Source: Sphaerodactylus townsendi
Lineage: Eukaryota
Direction: 5' to 3'
Assembly: GCF_021028975.2 (NCBI RefSeq)
Contig: NC_059437.1
Coordinates: 35,464,001 to 35,528,000 of the forward strand
DNA length: 64,000 bases
Below, piece by piece: positions 12,051 through 23,290 of the stretch. Position numbers and translations under genes: made by a program. Every line of letters starts with the position of its first letter. Position 1 is the first letter of the stretch. Under the pieces are notes generated by a model that ran no database searches, was not told the DNA's origin, and saw nothing but the letters and a program-made list of their open reading frames with translations.

Positions 12051-12252
12051 TTAAGTGCCACTTGTCAAACATCGACCTTTGTAAAAAGATCATTTATATT
12101 ACCTCGGATGGCTATTAGCAAGTTGGTGGGCAAAACTTTACAAAAAGGGAAGACTTGCTAATAGCCATCTGGGGCAATATGAATGATATTTTTTACAAAG
12201 ATCAATGTTTACCAGTGCAGGCAATAATGGTTTTGACACAAGTGGCACTTAA
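12051..12252. repeat. Long inverted repeat (palindromic MITE-like) in GATC intron 1
   Basis: Outer arms TTAAGTGCCACTTGT/ACAAGTGGCACTTAA; inner arms 12067-12123 vs 12153-12210 differ by 7 substitutions and 1 indel. Confidence 0.85.
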
Positions 12253-13064
12253 TTAAAATTATCTGACTTGAACAGAAAATCAGAAGGGAAGGGGAACAGT
12301 AGGCACTAGGACCCAGCAAAGTATTCAACATAAAGAAGGTCGAGGAAGATGTGGGGGGATTTATCCACACCTTGGTGCTGTGTTGAACAGGGTATAGCAA
12401 TTCCAGTTAAAGGATCGTGGGTGTTTATTTGAGCTTGTGTTTTTCTTTGGTCGTTTCAAATATGCATTGTTTAGAAGTGGGGTATTGCTAACTTGAGATT
12501 TGTAAAAGTTCATACAGCTAAAGCTAATCAAATGATTATAAGTCCATGATTAGCTGTGTGAACTTTTAAAAATGACTAACTTCAGCTCGTATTTCCTGCC
12601 AGCTGAGTGTAGGTCTTACTTTATAAACATGGGAAGTACTAGGTACGGTAGGCCTCCCAACCCCCTAAAATTCATATATTTTGACAGGAGATGCTACAGT
12701 CGCTATAACTGAGCCTGCTACTTAATTTTCATAATGACGACTGTCAGATCCGAAGCCCTATCATTTGAAATTTTTTGAGAGGTTTGATAACGAGGACAGC
12801 GGTTGAGGAAACGTGGTCTTCCTGGCTTGAATTCCGTCTCAACCACAAACTCAGTAGCAGCATGGTCATCCGCACGTTAATGAAAAGATACATTTAGTTT
12901 TTGGATGGGACGCTCTGCACGTTTGCAACCCGCGTGAGCTTCAGCAAGTTTCTACTACCAACTGCTATATAGGGCTACAAATATTGGCCGACCCTTAAGA
13001 GACATAAATGCTATTGTGATCCGAAAGCGCAGAAAATCCGCCCAAAGGACTGCCCTCTTCTCAC

Positions 13065-13175
13065 CTTGCCACAGCCATCCTCTGGAGGTGATGGAGCAGA
13101 AGACAGCCCTGCAGGGCTGGCGCTCTGACAACAAAAAGCCACGCGGGTCAAACGACTGACCCGCTGCACCCACAT
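13065..13175 (-). CDS. GATC: GATC exon 1 (Glu-tRNA(Gln) amidotransferase subunit C, mitochondrial presequence-like N-terminus)
   Basis: Minus: ATG TGG GTG CAG CGG...GGC AAG|gtgaga = MWVQRVSRLTRVAFCCQSASPAGLSSAPSPPEDGCGK; phase 0 joins exon 2; spliced CDS is 444 nt. Confidence 0.9.
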
Positions 13176-13504
<329 letters not shown>

Positions 13505-14223
13505 TGATTTCTGAGTCCTAGGCCGCCTTTCCCCAACGGGCTCAGGACGGCTTACAGTAATAAAATCCATTTTAAAACTTCTAATAATATCTTAGCACCG
13601 CTTATAAATTCGAGGTATAGAGTACTGAACACCATCCCCCGCACTAATATACTGATCAGTCGTATCGGGGAAGGGAGAGGAGAGGAGGGGAGGGCTTGAT
13701 AGTTTAGTGATAGAGCTGGGGAAACAGTAGACTCGGGCATAAATATATGAGGGAACAAGGGCTGAAAGAGCTTCCGGAAAAGACCAAGAATTGCATGAGA
13801 GGGAAAGAAAGGAAATTTGCTGGACGCAAAAGCATAAAGGAAATGAACGGAGGAGTCTGAGCAACGGTATCATATGCTCAGGAAATTGATTTTTGCTAGC
13901 GGGCACCTACTGAACTAGCGTCAATTGCCTTAAGATTCTTCTGTATGCCTGTATTTGTTATTACTTGTGTTCACACTTATTTCTTTGGAACATGTTTTTT
14001 AGACACCCAGTGATGTCTTACAATTTACAATTCGTCCGAAAAACATTATTTTTCATTTCAAGCACAACACAATTTCTGAATCCAATTTTTGCAGATGTTG
14101 TAATGCAGACTGGAAATTTCTATCTGAAGCATAACCTGGAATTGCGCAAGCAACCTTATTGTTTAATAGAATTTAGCATTGTCTGACTTGTCAGAACCAT
14201 TAAAATATATTTCCTTTTCCTAG

Positions 14224-14307
14224 AAAGCTATCAAAGAAAAGGACATACCCATTGAAGGTTTGGAGTTCATGGGCCCCAGCAAAGGAAAATCGGAAAATTC
14301 TTCCTGA
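14224..14307 (+). CDS. TRIAP1: TRIAP1 exon 2 coding part (stop TGA)
   Basis: ttccttttcctag|AAA GCT ATC...TCC TGA; KAIKEKDIPIEGLEFMGPSKGKSENSS*; total 76 aa as in the family. Confidence 0.97.
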   Translation, partial: KAIKEKDIPIEGLEFMGPSKGKSENSS

Positions 14308-14465
14308 CCGTGATGGGATATAGGAGTCCTTTGAATGACAGTTGCACCACAACAAGTTGGCAGTTCTCTGAGACACAAGGACTTTTCTCCACTGCAGTTT
14401 CTGCCTCATAAACACAGCTTTGTTTTTAATTATCTCAGTTTTACCATTGGGAAGAGAATTAGTAC

Positions 14466-14498
14466 ACACTTGATCTTAGCCAAAAGGCCGAGAAGCGA
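14466..14498 (-). pseudogene. 3'-truncated U2 snRNA retro-fragment (U2 nt 2-34)
   Basis: Minus strand TCGCTTCTCGGCCTTTTGGCTAAGATCAAGTGT is the vertebrate U2 5' end; flanked by direct repeat GAGAATTAGTA (14454-14464, 14497-14507). Confidence 0.93.
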
Positions 14499-16579
14499 GA
14501 ATTAGTAGATTTAGGTGGGATCAGTTTCACCTTATACAGAATTATGGATCAAGTTTTTTCATACAGGCTTAATTAAGCTGTAGATGTGAAATGAATGTGA
14601 TGGAGGCTTTATTGATACAATGCACTGTTGAATCTCTGTTTTCTGAATCTTTTTTCTCCCTCTGTGCCACTTACTGGAGTTCTAGAAAGTGCTCTCAGCA
14701 TTGATTGTCTAAAGGATGAAAGATACAGAACTTAAGCAGTGTTGTACAGAATGTAGCTACTGCGTCAACCAAAGCTCTGTGCATATAAAACCCCCAAATT
14801 ATCTAACCCTCTGTCCAGATGTAGGTACGTTTCAGACATACAGTGCTTCCTTTTGGCAAGGGGAAGGAAGACAAAACCTATCTGGAACTTATCTTCTACT
14901 TCTGTCTAGTAAATATAAAGGAGAAGCAACAGCATGATTGTATGTTCAGTATGATGCATATCCTTTTCAAAAAGGAAACCTGCTCCTCTTGCCTACCTCT
15001 TGAACAGACCATATGGTGGGCTGCAGTTATAGAAAATGAAAATTCTGTACAAAGTGTGGGGTTAGTATCATTCCCTTTTGTTATCAAAGTTTCAGATTAC
15101 TAAACAGCATCCATTCATGGTACACAAACTACCTATATATTTTGGTGAACTATCTTAAGAAAATTTAGAGCAGATACTGTTAAATAGACAGCTGGTATAA
15201 GCATAATTTTGGCATAATTTATGAAAAGCTTATTACATTAGTGAAAATGTAATGGATCCTTGGTCATGACACTAAAGAACCTAGTTTAGAACTGCTGATT
15301 CAATTAAGGAAGCATCCAAGTCTTTGCCTCTCTTCCATAGCTTCCCTTTAAATTATCGTATGATGTTCCGCTTTCATGGTTATAAATTCTAGAGGGACAG
15401 ATAGCCATGTTAGTTTGTAGCAGCCAGAACAGTCCTCAATACTAACAGATACCACAGCCAATACTTTTGACAGCTCATGCCAGGAGCATTATATTTATTT
15501 GGCAGAAATATAAACATTTGAAGAATGATATATTTACCTCATTTTGCAATTACTTCTCCCACTTCCTCTTGATAAACCTTTGTGAGTTTGATATTTATAT
15601 ATGTCTGCCAACTGATAATTTTTCTTCCTTCCATCAAAAGGAACACTTGTGCCCCAGTAAATGTTAATCATTAAGATGCCAAAGGGCTTTGTTTTCATGG
15701 GTGTGGTACTTTTCGAGAGGCTAGGCGAACACCTGGCTTGCTTCATATCACAGTCAGTCACAGGCATAAGCTCTTGTGTTGGTAGCAGAAGTTAGATTAA
15801 TGTGGAATACTAATATGAAGTACAATCCCAGTTAATGCTCCCATTGAGTTTCCTCAGTTTGTTACTGAGGAGCACAGTAAATTATTTCCCTTAGCTTATG
15901 CTTTCTGTCTGCTTTCACCAAGGCAGCAGCAACTCCCATTCTTGATTTTTTAAAAGTCACTTTGTCTTGCAGAAAGCTTCCTAGGCAGCTATGGTGCTTT
16001 GAAAGTAGGCTTCCTGCTTTCATCTTGCATAAAGGACACACGCACAGATGGTGAAGAGTTGCTGCTTTAGCATTTAAGCAGTTCTGTACAGCCCTGGGAC
16101 AAAAATTCATGCTCATTCCATCTCTTTGCATTCTAGCCCAGTATAGGGAGTATTTAGCTATGCATAGTAGAGAGGGGAAAGGTCAAATTCAGACTCTAAT
16201 CCCAGGCTGTGAAATAAGTTATTGATTATAGTACACCTTACTTCTGAGTAAGTATACATACAATCAGGCTGCATGTGGAAATAACATTCTTGCAATAAAA
16301 AGTGCCTTATGTTTAATTACTTGTATGTATTCTGCTATGTACAATAATTGAAATTCAATTAGGATAATAAAATTGAAAACTACACTGGTTTGAGGGCTTT
16401 CTACAATGTTGGCATTGCATATGATATGCTGCACAGCTAAAGCTGTTAGTGAGAAAAGGGAGGCAGCTGTGTTTCTGACACAGTGACAGTAACTCCAGTG
16501 ACTAATCATTCTGATGGTATTACTAGGACTCCTTCCAGAGCAGTTGGCTTCTCTCTCAAACACCTCTGCTAAGAGGATA

Positions 16580-17061
16580 CAGTGGAACCTTGGTTTTCAT
16601 TGCCTTCGGTTTTCATCAATTTCAGTTTTCATCGATTTTTTCAGTGAAAAATTTGCCTCGGTTTTCATTGATTTGCAGTAAGGTGCAGGGGTTTGTGGAG
16701 AAAAATCACCCGGACAAAGCTGTTGCAGGCCGTGTCTGCAACTTGTTTAATGACAATGTCTTGCCCCATTTCAGACAAATCTTAAAGAGGCGTCAGAAAC
16801 AGACCTCTTTGGACAGCTTTCTGGTGCGACATTGGTCCACTGGCTCTGAAGTTGGTCCTAATGTTATTTGTTACTGTTTTCAGCGTTAAACACTATGTTT
16901 ATTCACAAAAAAATGTGTTTTTGGTATGTTTTTTGGAGTGCCTAGAACGGATTAATTGGATTTACATTGATTCCTATGGAAAAGTTTGCCTCTGTTTTCA
17001 TCTGTTTCGATTTTCATTGATTCTTTTCGGACGATTAGCAACGAAGACTGAGGTTCCACTG
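16580..17061 (+). mobile_element. Internally deleted Tigger/pogo DNA transposon with a transposase C-terminal remnant
   Basis: TIRs CAGTGGAACCT/AGGTTCCACTG with TA flanks; encodes VQGFVEKNHPDKAVAGRVCNLFNDNVLPHFRQILKRRQKQTSLDSFL, resembling Tigger transposase C-termini. Confidence 0.85.
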
Positions 17062-17947
17062 TACACTTACTAGCTCCTAGAACTGTAAAACCAGAATGAG
17101 AAGTACGGGAGTCTAGTGCCAAGTGGGCTTTCCCCCTTTTCTATATCAGTCACAAATTCTGTAGCGTGCAAGCAGAGTGACAACATCCCAGTCCCCCACC
17201 ATGTTTGATTTTTTTTGTAATGATCAAGCAGGATATTAGCACTCCAGAAGAACCTTTGTAATTTCCCAGTTAGGTGATTGTACTTCGTAATGATTTAATA
17301 ATAGCAAGGAATGAAGTGTATAGCCCCCCAGTAGAATTCTGATAACTACTTCCCTTGCCTGAAGTCTGCCAAGTCAACCCAGAGGCAATGGGGGAGAGAA
17401 AAGTACTGTTTTACTGTACAGTTGTACAAATGTATGTGAAGCTCTTCAGCCTTTACAATATCACTTTGTATAAAAGCAGGTTTCACAGCAAAACTTTATC
17501 ACCTACTATAATGCTGGATCCAGGACAAGAGTACCCTCTGGAACAATGTGGGGCATGGTATGGGTCTTCAGTGGGAAGGTATCATTAGCAATCAAATCCC
17601 AGCTCCAAAGAGTCCTTCCACCAGTAGAGCACAACTTTTAGACACAAGCCAATCTACAAAAGGTTGTTTTTGGTGTATTATAGTAAGACACTTAAGTTAT
17701 GCTGCCCTCCTCACTACAGAAAGATGAATGTTGTCCTAAAGGAACTCAGATCAGGAACACTGAGATGTCAGTGTTCACAGGAGGAATTAGGGCCCTGCAC
17801 AGCTCTCGTTTTCCTTGACATTTTCTGACCGTTCTATCCAATCTTGTCCTATGCCACAACAGCTTGAAATGATTTGACAGTCTGAAGTCAAGCAATCAGG
17901 TACTCAAAAGACAAGCTGCTGTCACAAAAGGGGAAAGCTATACTCCA

Positions 17948-18660
17948 GGCCGTTTCACTTACCAAGACGCCAAAAGCGCGCGACGCCGATGATCGCCGCA
18001 GTAAAATTCGCGACGCCTTATACGTAAAAGCCGTTCACGACAGATAATGTATGGAGCTGCGGGCGTCCAAGCCAGTCTCCCCGCGAGAAATGTAGGACGG
18101 TTCGCACTGACCAGCCTGCTGCGGAAGCGGCTGTCTTCGCTGTTGTTGCGCTTGCCACTTGGCGAAGCCGTGCAGGCCCGACGTCATGCCCACGCAGCAG
18201 TGCGATGGACAACGTGACTGCCCTGATGTCCTGCCCGTCCCCCATCTGTCAGTGCCTCCCCTCCCAGCTACTGTCAGTCCCAGTGCATGGGTCTGGGAAA
18301 GGTGCTTTGGCCATGCAGGGAAAGCACCAGGACCTGAAACGTGGTATGTGTGTGTGGGGAAAAGGTGACCCAGCTTGAATACCGTCTGGCGATACGCCAT
18401 TTTGAAGACTGGCTCCCCTTGGCGGCTGTTCTACGCTACGAAGTGAAAAGGCGGCCGACATGCGTCTGAGGGGGAAAAAAAAGAGTGGTTTAAAGCGTTT
18501 TCTGAATAAATGCTTGGCGCTTCGCGCCGGTTTAAGCTGCTTCCGCTGACGGCGCTGGACACGCGCGATTCAAGCGCTTCGCTGCGCGTGCGAACGCTCT
18601 CGCTATGGCGGTTCTTTTACCGTTTCCACGACGTCATATTTCGCCCGTGCGGAAACGGCC
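17948..18660. mobile_element. CpG-rich PIF/Harbinger-like non-autonomous element
   Basis: TIR cores GGCCGTTTC/GAAACGGCC, 3-bp flanks CCA/CTA, abrupt shift to CpG-rich composition at both ends. Confidence 0.7.
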
Positions 18661-19346
18661 CTAGTCAGGTGCTTGAAGTTGTAAAGAGAATCTCAGATCC
18701 ATGAACTCTGATAAATCAGGCATGCAGTAGCTTTACCATGCAAACTCTTTTTAAAAAGAGAAAAGTACTGATAAGCTTAAGCAAAGCCAGTTGAACAGCT
18801 AGTTCTCATCTTTGTCAGAATATTGATATCCTGCCTTCCTCTCCCACAAGAGATTAAATACAGCTCCCCTACAATAAGCCATATGTACTGTTTTCTTGCT
18901 CTCTTCTCTCTACTGTGTAACTTCTTTCCACACTAAAGCAAGTCAGATTAAAGGGGAAACTGTTCAATTCACAGCTTAGTAGTTCAAAGGGCAAGCAACT
19001 TAATGATGCAAGTCATACACATTCTTGGTTTTTTCTTTCTTCCTAAGGAGAACTCTTTCTTTACTGCTTCATACAGACACTGCTGCTTTTGTCTTGCTAA
19101 ATTGGAGCTTCCAAAAAAAAAACCCTTAGCAAGGCATACTAGATCAGAAAGTGGGTTGTATCCAGCCAGCTTTTCTGAAAAGAGGAAGTGGGATTCCATC
19201 CCACTGATCATGAGAAAAAAATATATTATGCTGGTGATCATGAGACTTGCATCTTTGTATGAAGGACAGTAGGGTGAAAAAACTGGCTGGATCCAACCCA
19301 AGTATAGAATGGAAGACAATTCAGAAAAATACTTGTATGGAATAGT

Positions 19347-19352
19347 TTTATT
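19347..19352 (-). other. COX6A1 polyadenylation signal AATAAA
   Basis: TTTATT on + strand 155 nt beyond the COX6A1 stop, consistent with a short 3' UTR. Confidence 0.7.
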
Positions 19353-19506
19353 TAGGTGACCTCTGCGAAAAAACAAACTGCTAGAGATCAGGATGGAATT
19401 CGTAATTTGACAGTACAAGGAATGCAGAACATTTTGATTATGAATCCCAGCCTGTGTTCTGGTCCAGCTACCTTAGTGGTCCATGGTTCTGCACTGATTC
19501 TTGTGT

Positions 19507-19593
19507 TTAATCTTCATCTTCATAGCCAGTTGGGAGAGGGTTAACACGAGGATTGTGGAACAGAGTATGGTTTCCATCACCCCAAGGGAAGGG
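19507..19593 (-). CDS. COX6A1: COX6A1 exon 3 coding part (stop TAA)
   Basis: Minus: ctctttttcag|CCC TTC CCT TGG...GAT TAA; [28 protein letters not shown], the COX6A signature. Confidence 0.97.
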   Translation of the reverse strand, partial: PFPWGDGNHTLFHNPRVNPLPTGYEDED

Positions 19594-19925
19594 CTGAAAA
19601 AGAGAAGGCAGAGAGGAGGTTTGGGCTGCGTTTCCTCAGGCATTTTTAGTTCTTTAAATAAACTGAAAGCAATGAGGCAAATTAATATATTTTTCCAATT
19701 CCAATTTCCATGATACTCTTCAACAAGTGAAAAAGTATTTAAAGAGAGCAGGGACACTCTGGATCTATATTTTTAGCTTTAAGCCTTTTGCTCTCTTTTA
19801 ATTGTGTACACTATATTTACCTTATGCTGGTTTATACAGGTTTATGACTGTATGGAAAAGTTCAGCTACAGAGACCAATTCTCTGAATTCAGACCTGTGA
19901 GCTACTGCAGATCCAGCAGCTAGTA

Positions 19926-20335
19926 CAGTGGTGGCGAACCTTTTCGAGACCGAGTGCCCAAATTGCAACCCCAAACCCACTTATTTATTGCAAAGTGCCA
20001 ACAGGGCAATTTAACCCGAATACTGAGGTTTTAGTTTAGAAAAAACGGTTGGCTCCGAGGCATGCGTTACTCAGGAGTAAGCTTAGTGAAGCAACCGTGC
20101 AACACTTCAAATAGTTGAATCACGATCCTAGGAGGACTCAGAAGCAAGCCCCATTGCCAGCAACTGAGCTTACTCCCAGGTAAAGGATCATGCCCAGGCC
20201 AGCCTAGATATGTGTGTGTGTGTGGGGGGGGTGATTTTCCACCCCCTCCCACATGACGAACTCTGTGCGCGCGTGCCCACAGAGTGGGCTCTGAGTGCCA
20301 CCTCTGGCACTCGTGCCATATGTTCGCCACCACTG
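19926..20335. mobile_element. hAT (Charlie-like) MITE in COX6A1 intron 2
   Basis: TIRs CAGTGGTGGCGAAC/GTTCGCCACCACTG; perfect 8-bp TSD AGCTAGTA (19918-19925, 20336-20343). Confidence 0.92.
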
Positions 20336-20510
20336 AGCTAGTATCACCTCTAGTACAAAACTGGAGAAAAGTCTTCTACTATTAAGGCATTACCACTTTA
20401 GAAGCACCATTATGAAATACGAATTGCTCTTCATATTCATTCTTGAAATACAACATTTGGTAAGCGGAAACATCCACAGTGGCACACATAAACAGTTAAG
20501 ATGTCATAAA

Positions 20511-20819
20511 GGAGCAGCAGTGGTGTAGGAGGTTAAGAGCTTGTGTATCTAATCTGGAGGAACCGGGTTTGATTCCCAGCTCTGCCGCCTGAGCTGTGGA
20601 GGCTTATCTGTGGAATTCAGATTAGCCTGTACACTCCCACACACGTCATCTGGGTGACCTTGGGCTAGTCACAGCTTCTCGGAGCTCTCTAAGCCCCACC
20701 CACCTCACAGGGTGTTTGTTGTGAGGGGGGAAGGGCAAGGAGATTGTAAGCCCCATTGAGTCTCCTGCAGGAGAGAAAGGGGGGATATAAATCCAAACTC
20801 TTCTTCTTCTTCTTCTTCT
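20511..20819 (+). mobile_element. Young tRNA-derived SINE (Squam3-like) with (TTC)n tail
   Basis: A-box-like TGGTGTAGGAGG and B-box-like GGTTTGATTCCC, conserved core GGTGACCTTGGGCTAGTCAC, (TTC)n tail; related copies elsewhere in the window. Confidence 0.85.
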
Positions 20820-21360
20820 AAATTAGAGAAAAACAGCTGAATTACACCAGCTTTCAATACCACCAGGATATAGTGGTTGTTAGACTACTATCTGGTTTGA
20901 ATCTTTACTTATGCTATGGAAGCTCTAAGGGTGACCATTGGCTAGATAAATAAAATGGGCAAAACATTAAAAACACTTCAATTCAATCCTATTTAAACAG
21001 TAAAGATAGGGGCCTTAGGTTTCAAAGGTGTTTGGTGTGTGCATAAATTAGTAAAAGATTAAAAAATGTTCTTAAATCCAAATCCAAACTACAATATGTG
21101 GGAATTTACATTTTAAGAGAAGCTTCAAATGAAACATTATCTGAAGAAAAACACAAACATAATCATTTACATTAAAAACGCCACTACCTTACCAATGCAC
21201 TAATGAACTTTAAAGTTTGTTTTCAACCAGGGTCAAACAAAATTTCAGAGCATGAGGCAAGAACTTCTCTTCCTGTTCAGTTAGCTGGAAGTTAAAAATA
21301 TTAACAGTTATAACCATCTTGAATGAATGATATGGTGTTATGCTGGCCTAAGCCAAATAC

Positions 21361-21500
21361 CTTGGTTCGGAGGCGGAGATGTGCATAAGGAATAAACTCT
21401 GGCCTTTCATGTTCATGCTGAGACTTCAGGTAGCAGTTCAGCATGCAGACAGCAACTCCTGGGAGAGCAACCACAAAGGTCAGGATCTTCCATGTACGGG
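21361..21500 (-). CDS. COX6A1: COX6A1 exon 2 (transmembrane helix)
   Basis: Minus: tctcaattag|CC CGT ACA TGG...ACC AAG|gtattt; (S)[46 protein letters not shown]. Confidence 0.97.
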
Positions 21501-21850
21501 CTAATTGAGAAAGAAAGAAAAAAAGATACGTGTTCTGAAAAAACTGAAATACACACGATATTTGCTTTCTTTTCAAGACTAAACTTATTTTAATGCTTTA
21601 ACATAAATTGATTCATTTTTAACTCAGTACATATAAACAGTACTAATTTGAATATTTGTCAAATTAAAAAATAAATTACTGCACCCTATCCTACTACAGC
21701 ACACATATTTTACTTTTTGTCAGATGAGAACCAGGGAGGGGAAAGGGTTCAAAATAGAACACACAAATTTCACAGTAAAGAAATGAATGTGTTCCTTGTA
21801 CAGAAATGGTCTCAAAGTTTTAATACTGCAAGAAATACATTTTGATATTG

Positions 21851-21943
21851 AGCTAATCACTTGTATCATTGAAAGAATCCAGCTAATCACTTGTATCACT
21901 GAAAGAATCCAACTAATCACGTATCACTGAAAGAATCCAACTA
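21851..21943. repeat. 30-bp minisatellite, about 3 copies
   Basis: Unit AGCTAATCACTTGTATCA(T/C)TGAAAGAATCC at 21851, 21881 and 21911 (third copy has a 2-bp deletion). Confidence 0.95.
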
Positions 21944-21998
21944 TTTAATACTGTATAATCATAGATGTCATAGCATATTAATTGTCAAACATTAATTA

Positions 21999-22076
21999 AG
22001 CATATGCACCGGAGACAAATTCCTTGTGTGTCCAATCACACTTGGCCAATAAAGATTCTATTCTATTCTATTCTAT
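21999..22076 (+). mobile_element. 5'-truncated LINE 3' end with (TTCTA)n tail (possibly Rex1/Babar-like)
   Basis: AATAAA followed by (ATTCT)n; 78/78 identical to 59879-59956. Clade assignment uncertain. Confidence 0.7.
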
Positions 22077-22096
22077 ATACAGATATATACACACAC

Positions 22097-22401
22097 AGCC
22101 CTATGAAGAAAGTTTAGAAACTTGAGAATGTTCAGTCTGGAGAAGAGGTTGTGAAGGGCCACTTAGAGAAGGGCAGGAAGCTGTTCCTGGTGGCAGCAGA
22201 GAATAGGACCTGAAATAATGGATTTAAATTATAGCACCCTCTGAATATTAGGGAAAATATTTTTACAGTTGTTCAACAGTGGAATCAGCTGCCTAGAGAG
22301 ATAGATGGACAAACACTTCTCAGGGATGTTCTAGTCTGATCCTGCATTGAGCAGGGGATTGGACTAAATGGCCTGTATGGCCCCTTCCAACTCTATGATT
22401 C
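22097..22401 (+). mobile_element. CR1 LINE 3' fragment
   Basis: Typical CR1 3' region: ...TTCAGTCTGGAGAAGAGG...GGATTGGACTAAATGGCC...CCCTTCCAACTCTATGATTC. Confidence 0.75.
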
Positions 22402-23000
22402 ATTTGTGAGTGTGCATGCTTAAAATATCACCTGACTATAACATATGCATGAGTTAATGTCTAATGCTATAAACTGAGATTTTTGTGTAAGACATACTAC
22501 ATATTCTGAGTCAGTAAAAGCTTGCCTTAAAAATGAAGAGAAAATGTTTCATAGCTTTTTTCAGATTTCAAAGTTTTCGGTTTTGATGTGGAACCCTGGA
22601 GAGTATGGACTGTCTCCCCTATTTCCTTTTGTTCCAAATCTCTATCTGAAAGCCAAGTTTAAAAATCACATTGAGAAGTACTCATGCACGAAGCACTTGA
22701 GATCCTTGCAACTCTGCTCCAGCGCCAAGCCTGTTCTGGATCTAGGCACTTGAGCGCACCAGCTGAGCTATTCCAAAAATTCAGGGGAGAAAGCAGGCCA
22801 GGGCTAGCCCAGCGGCCTGATTTCCCATATGGCCAGGTTTCCCCTGAAAGCCCACGAGAGCAGAAAGCTCTCTACAGAATCTGATCCTCCCGGGTACATT
22901 GCTTCTACTCATGGAGGTTCTATCCCGCACCATTAGGAAGCCTGATAGGAATTTTCGCTGTTTCAAGGTCATCGTCGCATCCCGTGTCCCGCTAACTTAC

Positions 23001-23121
23001 AGCCACCAGCTTCCCCATGACCCCCTGCTGCAGCCGCCGACAGCAGCCGTTTCAGTCCCGGGCGGGGAGCCCCGGTGACAAGCCGCCGAGAGACTTTGCA
23101 GAGCGCCGCCACTGAAGCCAT
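23001..23121 (-). CDS. COX6A1: COX6A1 exon 1 (mitochondrial presequence)
   Basis: Minus: ATG GCT TCA...GGT GGC T|gtaagt; MASVAALCKVSRRLVTGAPRPGLKRLLSAAAAGGHGEAGG; phase 1 matches exon 2; COX6A1 rather than COX6A2 by synteny. Confidence 0.93.
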
Positions 23122-23290
23122 CCTACACTCACAACTAGTATAAGGACATCAGCCGCAACCGCCAACCCGGAACAGGAAATATGATACGCCTCCGGCGGCG
23201 ATCGATGACGTCATCAAGTCAATAGACTCGAGGAGTGTGGTGGTTCCCGGGCCTATGGTGTCTTGTCTTATGTAACGCGCATGCGTCTTT
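23122..23290 (-). promoter_or_regulatory. COX6A1 promoter
   Basis: Tandem ETS/GABP cores CCGGAA 23167-23172 and CAGGAAAT 23173-23180; full CRE TGACGTCA 23206-23213; NRF1-like CGCGCATGCG 23276-23285. Confidence 0.8.

Noticed and set aside
14466-14498. Functional U2 snRNA gene
   Set aside because: Only 33 nt; no Sm site or 3' stem-loops; flanked by a TSD.
21851-21943. CRISPR-like array
   Set aside because: Head-to-tail repeats without unique spacers, in a vertebrate intron, with no cas genes.
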